Below are positions 20,115-30,697 of a stretch of 64,000 bases of DNA, piece by piece (the first letter of the stretch is position 1; each line of letters opens with the position of its first letter). The stretch covers positions 2,752,001-2,816,000 of the forward strand of contig CBDBHB010000009.1 of assembly GCA_965205505.1 (NCBI GenBank), read 5' to 3'. The position numbers and the translations under genes were made by a program. Source of the stretch: Acidobacteriota bacterium (GTDB lineage Bacteria > Acidobacteriota > UBA890 > WLXD01). The notes under the pieces are model-generated. The model was not told the DNA's origin. It saw only the letters and a list, made by a program, of their open reading frames with translations, and made no database searches.

Positions 20115-22319
20115 TCAGCGATTCTTTTGACCGGGCTGCAGGCGCTGCAACATGCCTTGCATACGCGGTTGATCGGGCAGCAGCGTGAGTGATTGCTCGA
20201 TGAGCTCCCGGGCACGATCGGACTCTCCGTCGGCGAGGTACTCGGCAGCAAGGGAGTTAAGAAGCTCCGGGGTGTCATCGGCGCCGCCGATACGGGCACG
20301 CTCGTAGTAGCGAACCGCGTCCCGATGCTCTCCGAGCCTTGCGGCCACCTCAGCGAGTTGCAGCAGCAACGCCTGATCGTTGGGGGCCTTCGACAGGCGC
20401 GGCTCGAGCAACTCCCGGAGCTCCGGCAGTCTCCCGAGCTCGGCCAGCAGCTCACCGACGAGGATGATGCCGTCGGCTGACCCGGCGTCGCGTTGCAGCG
20501 CGCTCTGCGCCATCGCGAGCGCCTCCTCAGGCCGCTGGCTGATGCGCAGCTGCCGAGCTCGAGTAAGCAGCGATCCCGGGTCCGTAGCCGGGGGTAAGGT
20601 GGCTGCGTGGGCTTGCGGCGACCGATACTCATCTTGGGTGCTGATTCGGACTGGCAACGGCGCCTGCCGCCAGCCATCGATGGCCAGCTCGACGTCGACG
20701 CTGTAACGGCCCACGGCAACGCCATCCAGCGGTATGGCTGTGAGCTGGTTGAGCACGCCGTATCGATCCTTCCTTCGCAATGGCAACGTCGTCGCCTTGC
20801 GGGCGGTGACGCCGCCGGCCGCATCGCGCAGGGTATACGTAGCCGCGAGGGGTTCGGTGCTGTTGGCCGGCGCGTAGACCTGATGAAAGACCCACAGTGT
20901 GCCGCCGCTCGGGAAAGGTCCATCGAAGGCGGGTAGCACGAAGTTGCGACCAATCTGGAAGGCGTAGTGGCTGCCGAAGCGGTCGTAATCGGAGCCCATG
21001 TCTTCGTGCTCGGCCACTAGAATGGCCGGACTTGCGGAGAGCGTAGAGGGCGACGGCGACGGAACGGCGACGCGCCGCTCGTCACGCCCGAACTCGCGCG
21101 TCACGTTGTTCTCGATCATCAACCCGAGCACGTAGTCACCCGGAACTGCGGGGATCCGGTCGAGATAGCTCAGCGGACCCTGGGCGAGCTGACGAGCCTC
21201 GGTTGCCTCCAGTGCCACCTCGACGGTACGCGCTGGTTCGCCGCTCAACACGTGGGCGCCTGATCTGAGCGACGAGCTGACGTCGAAAGTCAGGTAGCTG
21301 GCCGCTTCTGCGGCGCGCAGGTTCAGACGCGCGGCGGGCGCTCGTACGGCGTAGTGCAAGAAGGGCAACCCTGAGGGGTCCAGCAGACCGATCGCCAGTG
21401 CCTCCAATGGCAGGGTCTCGAAGCGAACGTTCGAATCGGCCGATCCCGTCAGCACAGGGTACGCCCAATCGGCCCTCGGCATGACGCGGTTCGGCAGGTC
21501 GTCGATCTGCGCAAGCAACATCTCCGACCGCAAGGGGGACAGGTCCGCTCCAATGCCGGTCGCCGGGATCAAGCTGATCGCTGCGTTCGATAGCTCGGCG
21601 TCGACCAAATCGAGCGCCATCAGAAAACCGACCTGGTCCCCGTACTGCGTGGGCCGACCGCGCGAGGTGCGCCCTTCGGCAACCATTGCATCGCGCGCGT
21701 AGTTGTGGCCGGACGGGTTCAGCAGGCTTTCCGGACGATCGGCCACCGGGCTGTACAGGCGATAGTCACCGAAACCGCCGCGGCGAAAAAACAGAACATA
21801 GAAGAAGGGCGGCAGCCCGAGCTCCGGCGAAGATGCGTAGGTCCACAGCTCCATCGGGTAGGCGAGCTGCGTGCTGGGAAATCTGAGCACGCTCTAGGGC
21901 TCGCCGAGCAATATATAGATGCGGCCTCGATCACCGAGCCAGCCCGGGGTAGGGGAGCCGCGGCTAAACTGCATGGTGACGAACGCGAGGCGCCCGCCGT
22001 GCTCTTCGCGATACTCGTTTGACCGCGTCCCCGGGGTAGGGTCACGATTGAGCCAGAACCCCTCGATGAAGCGGTCGCGCTGAGCGTCGCTGCTCAAGCG
22101 GAGGAACACTTCGCGCTCGGTATCCGTTATCAGCCAGCGGACGTCGCGCTCGACCCACGAGCGATGGTGTTTGGGCAGCTCGTCGAGCTCCAGCGCCGGG
22201 AACGCCTCCAGGTCGACGGGCGGTTGTTGGAAGGTGGCCTCGGCCGGCCCTGACGCCAACTGAACGGCGGCAAGCGCGGCGAACAACACGCATGGTGCAG
22301 GTCGGCTCATGACTCTCAT
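20115..22319 (-). CDS. GWxTD-domain/TPR protein interrupted by an in-frame TAG at 21894-21896
   Basis: W...DVRWLITDTER..F..L.....RD.FI..FW..RDPTPGT..NEYREEH, GWLGDRGRIYILLGEP*SVLRF...ELWTY; the downstream ORF is in the same frame; C-terminal TPR-like helices. Confidence 0.8.
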
Positions 22320-22370
22320 GCTACCTGAGGGCGTATCCTTGCTGCTGGCCGGGCGAACCTGTCGGATACG

Positions 22371-23456
22371 CTACGCCACCATGGAGTCTTCGTCGTGGTC
22401 GGGAGCCACCGGATGTAGCAAGGCGCGGGCCGCTTGGCGCGTCGCGCCGACGGCGCGGGCCGGCAGGGCGGTCAGGCCGGCGTAAGAGGCCACTCGCCAG
22501 TCCCACTGCTGCCTCAGGCTGCGCAGTAGATGCCGGCGCGCGTGCTGGTAATTGCTGTCGTAGTAGAAGCTCATGCCGGCCCACGCGTGGGCCGTGGCCC
22601 GCAGCTCGCGAAGCTCGCGGTCGGACCAGTGCAACAGGTGCCGATCGTGCTCGATCACCGGTTCGATGGTCCGCAGATAGTTGACCGCCATATGGTGTTG
22701 CAGGCTGGCGCATGTCAGCTGGTCGTCTCGCCCGGTCATATAGGTGATGGTCGCAAGGTCGATTAGCGCAACCTGGGTTTCGCGACACGTACGTAGGTGG
22801 AAATCGAAGTCTTCGCCGGTCGGACGCAGCTGTTCGTTGAATGGGCCAACCTGGTCCACGACGGCGCGACGCAGGAGCACTGTCGATGTGTGCACCAGGT
22901 TTCCGGCGAGCATGGCCGAGAAGATCGAACCGCTGTACACCCGTGCTCCGCGGACTGGAGCGTTTGATCTCGGGGCTAGCTCGTCCAGTGGAGCTACGGA
23001 GCTGAAGAGCTCGGCTTTCGGAAAACGCTGATAGTTGTCGTACATCACTGTCAGGTAGGTGGGGCTCTCGGGGCTCCCGTCCGCTCGAATGGCCTCCATC
23101 TCGGTCCACAACATGCCGACCTCGGGGAGCGCCTGCATCACGTCGAGCTGCAGGCGCAGCTTGAACGCCTTCCAGGCATCGTCGGAGTCGAGAAAGGCCA
23201 TGAAGTCGCCGCGCGCCAACTTCAACCCGGTGTTTCGCGCCGCCGCTACGCCGCTGTTGGCGCACCGTACGTAGCGAACGCGGTGATCGTCGGCGTAGCG
23301 CGACATGAGATCGGGCGTGCCGTCGGTCGAGCCATCGTCGACGACAATGAGCTCCCAATCGGAATGGGACTGCGCCTGCACGCTGTCGACCGCGGCGCCC
23401 AGGCAGTAGCCGCGGTTGAATGTCGGCAGAACGATGCTAAGCAGCTCTGAACGCAT
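22371..23456 (-). CDS. GT2 family glycosyltransferase
   Basis: SIVLPTFNR, VVDDGSTDGT, NSGVAAARNTG, FLDSDD, GEDFDF. Confidence 0.93.
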   Translation of the reverse strand: MRSELLSIVLPTFNRGYCLGAAVDSVQAQSHSDWELIVVDDGSTDGTPDLMSRYADDHRVRYVRCANSGVAAARNTGLKLARGDFMAFLDSDDAWKAFKLRLQLDVMQALPEVGMLWTEMEAIRADGSPESPTYLTVMYDNYQRFPKAELFSSVAPLDELAPRSNAPVRGARVYSGSIFSAMLAGNLVHTSTVLLRRAVVDQVGPFNEQLRPTGEDFDFHLRTCRETQVALIDLATITYMTGRDDQLTCASLQHHMAVNYLRTIEPVIEHDRHLLHWSDRELRELRATAHAWAGMSFYYDSNYQHARRHLLRSLRQQWDWRVASYAGLTALPARAVGATRQAARALLHPVAPDHDEDSMVA

Positions 23457-23799
23457 CCACGGTCGTCCTTTCCAGGGGCGGCAGAAGCTGCAGCAAGAGA
23501 GGCTGCCCGCATCCTCGTACAAGAAGAGGCTACCGGCGTCGCGTGGTTCCATGCATGCCTTTTCGCTGCCCTGCCCCGGCTTGACCGGACAGGAGGTGCC
23601 GCGACAGTTCAGCAGTGGCGGCGTAGCGATTCCGTACCGAGTCGGCTAGCCTCGGCCGATACCGGCAGCAGGCGGCCGGTCGGGGCAACAGCGGCGAGGT
23701 GGGCCCTCGATGGCGGCGCTCGAACCGATAGCATCGGTGCCTCGCGTTGGGACAGCGGCGGCTGAGGCACACGCCCCGCAAGACGGACGATGGGATGCG

Positions 23800-24921
23800 A
23801 TGAGAAAGCTGAATTGGGGTTTGATTGTCGGTGGTTGCTCGGTGGTCGCCGCCGTTCTGCTTCTTCCGAGCGCCGGGCGCGGGCAAACGATGCTCCGAAC
23901 GCGGAACGTCGTGCTGGTCACTGTGGATGGTCTGCGTCACCAGGAGCTCTTCGCCGGACTGGACCGCGCTCTTCTCAACGGCGGTCAAAAGATTGGAATC
24001 GAGGATCCCGAGGCTCTTGCGGCAAAATTCTGGGATGAGTCGGCGCGGGGTCGGCGCGAGCGGCTGATGCCGTTTTTCTGGACCACGCTTGCACCTCGGG
24101 GAATCGTTCTCGGGAGCCGAGCTGACGGGAGTATGGTCTCGGTGAGCAACCCGTATCGCGTCTCGTATCCCTGCTATGCGGAGATCCTCACCGGTCAGGT
24201 GCAGCCCGACGTGACCGGCAACATCCCGATTCAGGTCCCCCGGGAGACCGTGCTCGAGTTCGTCCGCCGAGAGCTCGAGCTGGAGGTGAGCGGAGTCGCT
24301 GCGCTCACTTCATGGAATCACTTTCCGTACATCGTCGAGCACGAGCCGGGATCGATTACCGTCAACGCGGGTGGACCATTCCTCGAGGGGATGCAAAACG
24401 AGGAGATTCGTCGCCTTGTATCGCTAGAGGAACGAACGCTGTCTCCTTGGAGCTCGGTGCGGCAGAACGCCTTCACCGAAGGCCTGGCGTTCGCCTACCT
24501 AGAGGAGTTCCAGCCGCGCTTTCTGTATCTCGCGCTCGATGAGACCGACGAGTGGGCACACGGGCGACGTTACGACCGTACCGTCGAAGCGATCCGAAAC
24601 TTCGATGAGACGCTGCGGTTGCTATGGGAGCTCCTGCAGTCGATGGACGCATATCGCGACAAGACGACCCTGGTGATCACGACGGACCACGGCCGCGGTC
24701 GGACGCCCGATGATTGGACGTCACACGGCAGAGATGTTGCGGGGGCCGAGGAGATCTGGATCGCTATCATCGGGCCCGATACCACTGCCCGGGGGATCGT
24801 GCGCGCTCACGCCCCGTTGCAGCAGACTCAGATCGCCGCGACGATTCTCAGGTTTTTCGGCCTGGATCCCGGCAATTTCAATCCGCAGGCGGGCGAGCCT
24901 ATCGCGCTCGCCCTGCCCTGA
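23800..24921 (+). CDS. Alkaline-phosphatase-superfamily protein, secreted
   Basis: VTVDGLR, SYPCYAEILTG, ETDEWAH, TTDHGRG, WTSHG. Confidence 0.85.
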   Translation: MRKLNWGLIVGGCSVVAAVLLLPSAGRGQTMLRTRNVVLVTVDGLRHQELFAGLDRALLNGGQKIGIEDPEALAAKFWDESARGRRERLMPFFWTTLAPRGIVLGSRADGSMVSVSNPYRVSYPCYAEILTGQVQPDVTGNIPIQVPRETVLEFVRRELELEVSGVAALTSWNHFPYIVEHEPGSITVNAGGPFLEGMQNEEIRRLVSLEERTLSPWSSVRQNAFTEGLAFAYLEEFQPRFLYLALDETDEWAHGRRYDRTVEAIRNFDETLRLLWELLQSMDAYRDKTTLVITTDHGRGRTPDDWTSHGRDVAGAEEIWIAIIGPDTTARGIVRAHAPLQQTQIAATILRFFGLDPGNFNPQAGEPIALALP

Positions 24922-24931
24922 AGTGTCTTCA

Positions 24932-26263
24932 TCATGCGCTCATCCGCCTCCGGAAGTAGGCGGCGCAGCCAATCATCATGAGCGGAACAAACACCATGAC
25001 GACGTAGCTCGTGTACTCCAGCAATGTGACCCAGGGCAGCTCTTGCTGCGCGAAGGACTGGTACACGTCGTGCCCCAGGTAGGTCGCCACGACGCTGAGA
25101 TAACCGAATGAGTCTCCAAGCGAGATGAGGAAGGCGGCTGTCGCGACGGTGTGAAGTGAAGCGAGCAGTCGATCCATCAGGATGCTCTGATACGGGACGA
25201 ACGCGACATAGAGACCAATGCCGTTGAGCACATAAAACGTCTTCGGGCCGAGCCAATCCATCTTGAGCATGACGGTTGACCCGCCGAGCAGCACGGCCCC
25301 GACACCGACCAACGTCAGGTTTGCCCAGACGGCGCGGCGGTTGTCGCGAAAAAACCAAAGAAGGCACAAGACCGCGATCACCGTCACGCCCACATAGCTC
25401 TCTATCGATACGAAGTCCGAGCTGCTTACCGTGTGCCCGAGGTCGCGGAGTATTTGGTCCATGAAGTCGTCCCGGATATTGCGGTACGCCATGAGGCACA
25501 GATAGCCCAGGGTCAGCATCACGACGCCAGGGAAGAAGGTGCGGACGAACTCGTTGCGGTCGTCACGCGTCATCGGGGCTCGCTTGGTCCGCTGTTCGAT
25601 GTCCGCGGCGGTGGGCGGCGGTACATGCCAGAGCATGAACATCGATAGCAGCAGGAGCGGCACAAACAGCATGCCGGTGACGGCGGGCATCCAGAACTCG
25701 GGGACATGCCACACGTCCATCGTCCATTGGCCCGCGCCCTTTGCCCAGCCAGAGGCAAAGACGACGCTGACGCTCATGCCCAGTCCGAGGAACTCGGTGA
25801 TGCGCCGACCCTCGACGATGCCGAAGAGCATCGACCAAACCATGCCCAGCGGCAGACCGTTGAAGAAGAGAAAGAGCACGTTGTACGGCGCCGGGGTCAT
25901 GCCGAACAGAACCAGCATCGCCTCGGCGAGGAAGATCAGTCCGATCACGATCGGCACGCGTTTGCCCAGAGGCGCCTCGGAAGCAAACTTGATGCCGAGA
26001 AACTTGGAGCACGTGTAGCCGACAACCTGACTGATCACCGCGATGGGCTTGTAGCCAAAGGCGACGCCGAGCAGCGTGATCGGCTCGACCGCCTCGTAGC
26101 CGGTCGCGGTGAAGGGCCGGCGGAAAGCGTACATGCTCATGTAGCCGGCGAACGCGGCGGTCATCGCGTAGATCGTGAGCACGAACTCGGATTGGCGATC
26201 GATCCACGCGGTCAAGGCTGGTATCGGCGATGACCCGGCTGACCTGGTGTTCTGATCCGGCAT
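24932..26263 (-). CDS. DUF5690 family MFS-like membrane protein
   Basis: YMSMYAFRRPF, GYTCSKFLGIK, NGLPLGMVWS...EGRR, YRNIRDDF, DSFGYL; many hydrophobic segments. Confidence 0.8.
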   Translation of the reverse strand: MPDQNTRSAGSSPIPALTAWIDRQSEFVLTIYAMTAAFAGYMSMYAFRRPFTATGYEAVEPITLLGVAFGYKPIAVISQVVGYTCSKFLGIKFASEAPLGKRVPIVIGLIFLAEAMLVLFGMTPAPYNVLFLFFNGLPLGMVWSMLFGIVEGRRITEFLGLGMSVSVVFASGWAKGAGQWTMDVWHVPEFWMPAVTGMLFVPLLLLSMFMLWHVPPPTAADIEQRTKRAPMTRDDRNEFVRTFFPGVVMLTLGYLCLMAYRNIRDDFMDQILRDLGHTVSSSDFVSIESYVGVTVIAVLCLLWFFRDNRRAVWANLTLVGVGAVLLGGSTVMLKMDWLGPKTFYVLNGIGLYVAFVPYQSILMDRLLASLHTVATAAFLISLGDSFGYLSVVATYLGHDVYQSFAQQELPWVTLLEYTSYVVMVFVPLMMIGCAAYFRRRMSA

Positions 26264-26334
26264 GGAACGCTCCGAGGGCGAGGTACCGTATCGCTGCGCC
26301 CGCGGGCGTTCGGTGAGCAAGGCGGCTCGCCAGG

Positions 26335-27525
26335 TTATTGGCTAGCTATGGCCCGCCCGACCCCGCGAGGGTCGAACCCCATCTCCTGCACCACGCTGTC
26401 GATCGCCAACAGCAGCGCCTTCATGTCGCACGGATAGAGACGTCCTATATTGCCGATGCGGAAGCACGACGCCCCGGTCACCTTGCCGGGATAGATCACC
26501 ATGCTGCGATCGGAGAGCTTGTCGTAGAACGTCTGGAAGTCGTAGCTCGGATGATCGGGGCAGTGGTACGTAGTGATGATGTGGCTCATCACTTCGCGCT
26601 CGAGGAACGGGACGAAGCCGAGGTGATCCATGCCCTCGAGGAGGGTGCGGTGGTTTGCCATGTAACGGGCCCGCCGAGCAGCGACGCCCCCCTCAGCGAA
26701 GAACTCACGCAGTGCTTGTCGGAATGCCAGTAGCACCTGATTCGGTGGTGTGAAGCGAAATTTCCCGCTGCTTTCGAAGCCGCGCCACTGGTCATGGAGA
26801 TCCATGGAATGGCTACGTGCCCAGGCGCCCTCTCCAGCCTGCTCGAGCAGATCGCGCCGTGCAAGGATGAAGCTGAACCCGGGTACTCCCTCGATGCTCT
26901 TGTTCGAGCCGGAGATCAGCGTATCGATGCTGATGCCGCGCATGTCGATGGGATATGCGCCGAAGGTGCTCATCGCGTCGACGAGGAATCGTCGTCCAGC
27001 GTCGCGAATCACATGTCCGATCGTTTCAATATTGTTGTACAACCCGGTGGTCGTTTCACAGTGAATGATGCCCACGGTATGGATGCTCGGGTCGGTTTCG
27101 AGCATGTCGGCTACGATCTCTCCCCTGGCCGGCTCATTCTCGGCGAAACGGATCGGCACGACATCGATGTCGAGCATCCGGGCGATCGTGATCATGCGCT
27201 CGCCGTATGCGCCGTTGGAGACCACAGCGAAGCGGCCTTCGCGGGGAATCAGGGAACCGACTGCCGACTCCACGCCGAAGGTGCCGCTCCCCTGCATCAA
27301 GACGCACTCCCAGCCATCGGAGACGGTGACGTCGCCGACTTCGAGTATGCCGTCGCGGATCTCTTTGACCAACGTTCGCAGCGGTGCATCCCAGGCGCCG
27401 ATGTCGTGACACATCGCGTGCTTCACAGCGAGCGATGTGGTCAACGGCCCGGGCGTGAACAGGCGCGGGTCGAACGTGCCTGGAAACGCTTCGCCGTGCG
27501 ATTCTCGAGATGGTGGGATGGCCAT
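26335..27525 (-). CDS. phnW: 2-aminoethylphosphonate--pyruvate transaminase
   Basis: LFTPGPLTTS, LMQGSGTFGVE, NGAYGERM, HCETTTG, VDAMSTFG, SNKSIEGVPG, FRFTPP, IYPGK..FRIGNIG. Confidence 0.93.
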   Translation of the reverse strand: MAIPPSRESHGEAFPGTFDPRLFTPGPLTTSLAVKHAMCHDIGAWDAPLRTLVKEIRDGILEVGDVTVSDGWECVLMQGSGTFGVESAVGSLIPREGRFAVVSNGAYGERMITIARMLDIDVVPIRFAENEPARGEIVADMLETDPSIHTVGIIHCETTTGLYNNIETIGHVIRDAGRRFLVDAMSTFGAYPIDMRGISIDTLISGSNKSIEGVPGFSFILARRDLLEQAGEGAWARSHSMDLHDQWRGFESSGKFRFTPPNQVLLAFRQALREFFAEGGVAARRARYMANHRTLLEGMDHLGFVPFLEREVMSHIITTYHCPDHPSYDFQTFYDKLSDRSMVIYPGKVTGASCFRIGNIGRLYPCDMKALLLAIDSVVQEMGFDPRGVGRAIASQ

Positions 27526-27663
27526 CGTGCCGCCGCGAGTCGATTCCTGAGGATGCGTCCGCATTCTACAAGGGGTGAGAGCGTCCGCCGGGCAGCGGGC
27601 GACACCTGGCCGGCGAGCGCCTCGACCCCACCCGGTCGTCTTGAATCGCCTGGCGCCGCAGCG

Positions 27664-29292
27664 CTACTCGTCGGCAGACCGGGGCTCCGAGCAAGCCTCA
27701 TTGCCGGCCGCATCGATTGCACAGACACGATAGGAGGCGCCCGATAGACTCGGCGCGGGTATCTCGGCGAACCACAAGTACTCGCCGTACCAGGCCATGG
27801 GGACCTCCCTGTCGGTTCCCGACTCGACCCAGCGGAGCGTTACTGATTGCCAGTCGTGCGGCATCGTCGGGCTCTTGCGGTCGTGGATACGGGCGTGGAC
27901 CCGGAGAGCCCCGTCCCGCCGTAGCTGGCTGCGCACGCCGCCGATGAACGGCGCTGCGGTATCCGGATCAAGGCCGCTGCCGAGAAAGATCTTCTCTTCG
28001 ACGGCAGCCGGATTCTCGCCCTGTCCGTGGACGACGTCGAGACGATCATCGCCGTCGAGATCGGCCAGCATAAGCGACAGCGTGCCGGCTGTCTCGGGAC
28101 CAGAAAAGACCTCCTGGGCCATCGTGAAACGACCAGACCCGTCGTTGATCAGCAGGCGGTCGGCGCCGGTGAGTGATCCGACGACGAAATCGGCATCGCC
28201 GTCGGAGTCGTAGTCGAGAAATACTGCGCTGTTGTCGTCTTCGCCGACATTCTCGCTATCCGGCCATAGCGTCTCCGTGGCATCCGTATACGCTTTGCCG
28301 GCGTCGTTACGGAAAACGTGTTGACGACGCATCATGTTCACCTGTCCGACGATCTCTCCATCGTTGATCGTGACCAGGTCGAGGAAGCCGTCGCCGTCGA
28401 TGTCCATGGGCTCGAACTCGTAGTTGTTCGAGTGCCTGGGTAGGCCAACGAGGTCCTCTTCGAAGTTGCCGGTCCCGTCATTCACGAAAAGGCTTCCACC
28501 GTAGCAACGCTTACACGATACGGCGATGTCGAGGTCGAAGTCGTTGTCGAAGTCCAGGAACTCCAGGTCCCAAGAGAAGCCCAGCAGGGTCTCGGGCATG
28601 CGGGCAGCGGTAACGTCTGTGAAGTGGCCTGCGCCGTCGTTGAGCCACAGCTGCGTGCGGCCGCCGAGGTTATCCATGTTGTTACCGGCACCCCAGTCGG
28701 CCAAGACGACGTCAAGGTCGCCGTCGCCGTCCACGTCGCCGAGCTCGAGGTCGCCGACGCTCGCTGGGCGCTGCGGCAGGTGGGAAGAGGTGACCTCCCG
28801 GAACGTTCCCCGACCGTCGCCGAGATACAGGCGACTCTGGGTCTGGAAGGTGGTCCCGACCAGGATGTCGACAATGCCGTCGCCGCTGACGTCGCGAACC
28901 TTGATCACCCGAGCAAAGTCGCCGCGTGCGCCAAACACCTGCTCGGTGACCTCTTCGAACGGTTGCCCGGGACCGCGATTGAGAAACACTCGATTCAATT
29001 CCGCCTGTCCCGGTTCCGAGTAGTTGCCACCATTGGCGAACAGCAGATCGACGCGCCCGTCGCCGTCGATGTCGGCGAGCTCCACACGGTTCGTCCATTC
29101 TGCAGTTTCGGGCAAGAGCCGTTCCGTCGCGTCGACCCAGAGGGCAGTCGGCAGGCTGTCGCTTCCAATGGGGTCGGACCCGCGCGGGCTATCTGCCGCT
29201 GTTCCACATCCGACACTCAATCCTGCGAGCAGACACACGAGTAGCAGCGGTGTCAGACGGCTGCGGGAGTGGCACTCGAACCGGAGTTTCAT
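27664..29292 (-). CDS. FG-GAP/VCBS repeat lipoprotein
   Basis: Lipobox LSVGC; repeated D.DGDG..D....N.G.G.F. Confidence 0.88.
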   Translation of the reverse strand: MKLRFECHSRSRLTPLLLVCLLAGLSVGCGTAADSPRGSDPIGSDSLPTALWVDATERLLPETAEWTNRVELADIDGDGRVDLLFANGGNYSEPGQAELNRVFLNRGPGQPFEEVTEQVFGARGDFARVIKVRDVSGDGIVDILVGTTFQTQSRLYLGDGRGTFREVTSSHLPQRPASVGDLELGDVDGDGDLDVVLADWGAGNNMDNLGGRTQLWLNDGAGHFTDVTAARMPETLLGFSWDLEFLDFDNDFDLDIAVSCKRCYGGSLFVNDGTGNFEEDLVGLPRHSNNYEFEPMDIDGDGFLDLVTINDGEIVGQVNMMRRQHVFRNDAGKAYTDATETLWPDSENVGEDDNSAVFLDYDSDGDADFVVGSLTGADRLLINDGSGRFTMAQEVFSGPETAGTLSLMLADLDGDDRLDVVHGQGENPAAVEEKIFLGSGLDPDTAAPFIGGVRSQLRRDGALRVHARIHDRKSPTMPHDWQSVTLRWVESGTDREVPMAWYGEYLWFAEIPAPSLSGASYRVCAIDAAGNEACSEPRSADE

Positions 29293-29503
29293 GGGCGCTA
29301 CCAGAGATGGAGGCTTGAGGATTCGTGGAGCGTATCGCTAGAACGTGCGCGATCCAATCGCGGCAGCCGCTCGAGCCTGCTCGACCGGCAGGGTATCTGG
29401 TGAGCTGTCTGGGTGTCATCGCTGCGGCGACTCTGGGTCATTACAATGTTGTCGACCATCCCGGTACCCAGGCCGACCGAACCGGCAGGAGCCTTCAACG
29501 ACC

Positions 29504-30145
29504 ATGCGTGCACCTGTCATCCACGACGTCTCGATACCGTTGCAACCGGGGGTGACCACCTGGCCGGGCGATGTCGATTTCGAGATGCGCGACGAGATGC
29601 GCATCTCGGCTGGCGACGAATGCAACGTGACGAGCATTTGCATGAGCGCGCACACCGCGACTCACGTCGATGCGCCCTGGCACTTCGTCGACGACGGCAG
29701 CACGGTCGAGGCGCTCGATCTGTCCACGCTCATCGGTCCTGCGACGGTCGTAGATCTGGGCGACGCCAGCGTGGTTACCCCGGAGGTGCTCGTCGCGGCG
29801 GGCGTGGCGCCGAAGACAGAACGCTTGTTACTGCGAACGAAGAACTCGGAGTCATGGCACGACGCCCGAGCCGACTTCAAGCGCGACTACGTGGCATTGG
29901 ACGCTGAAGCCGCCCGCTGGGTGGTGGAAAGCGGCATTCGTCTGATCGGTGTCGATTACCTTTCGGTTCAGCGTTTCGACGATCCACCCGATACGCATGA
30001 AATCCTGCTCCGGTCTAGTGTGGTGATCGTAGAAGGACTGGATCTATCGGGTGTCGGCGCGGGTCGGTACCGGCTCGTGTGTCTGCCGCTGAAGATCGTT
30101 GGCAGCGACGGCGCACCAGCGCGCGCCGTGCTGATCGAGGAGTAG
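29504..30145 (+). CDS. Cyclase family protein (kynurenine formamidase KynB-like)
   Basis: WPGD, HTATHVDAPWHF, GVDYLSV, IVEGLDL, PLKIVGSDGAPARA. Confidence 0.9.
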   Translation: MRAPVIHDVSIPLQPGVTTWPGDVDFEMRDEMRISAGDECNVTSICMSAHTATHVDAPWHFVDDGSTVEALDLSTLIGPATVVDLGDASVVTPEVLVAAGVAPKTERLLLRTKNSESWHDARADFKRDYVALDAEAARWVVESGIRLIGVDYLSVQRFDDPPDTHEILLRSSVVIVEGLDLSGVGAGRYRLVCLPLKIVGSDGAPARAVLIEE

Positions 30146-30173
30146 CCGACCCATTACCGCGGCTGAGGTGCTC

Positions 30174-30401
30174 TCATCGATCGACGACGAAGTTGCTCAT
30201 CGCTTGCCGCAGCTCATCTCCGCCATTCTCGAGCACTTGGAGGAGAACCTGCCGGGTCTGTTTCGTGTCGAGTTTGTTCGAGTACCCACATCCGTCGCAA
30301 ACGAAGCTCATGGCCGCCTGGAGCCGAGCAATTGGCTGCCGAAAGCCGCCGCCGCAGTTGAGGCAGGCGATCGAGATTTCATGCAATAGGCGCTCCGACA
30401 T
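30174..30401 (-). CDS. Small Zn-ribbon protein (CxxC...CxxC)
   Basis: GGAGG RBS; CLNC and CDGC pairs followed by an amphipathic helix. Confidence 0.65.
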   Translation of the reverse strand: MSERLLHEISIACLNCGGGFRQPIARLQAAMSFVCDGCGYSNKLDTKQTRQVLLQVLENGGDELRQAMSNFVVDR

Positions 30402-30697
30402 GGTGGGTCCTCCGATGCTGGCGATTCCGAACGCTCGCCTACATAGACGCTAGCACGGTGGGAGCGATCGCCAGAAGCACAGAGTTGTGGGTCACCAGTC
30501 ATCTGTTAATAGCGATGAGTCGCCACAGGCCACCGCGTTGCGGTCGTGCTCAGAACCAAGTAGGTCAGTGGGGCCTGGTATGAGACTCGATGGCTCGAAC
30601 GGGATCGTTCGCCCCGACGATTGACATAACCTACGGCCCACCCACGCACTTAGCGGTATCGTGACGTTCACGCCCAACGGTCGAGAGGGAGGTTGGC

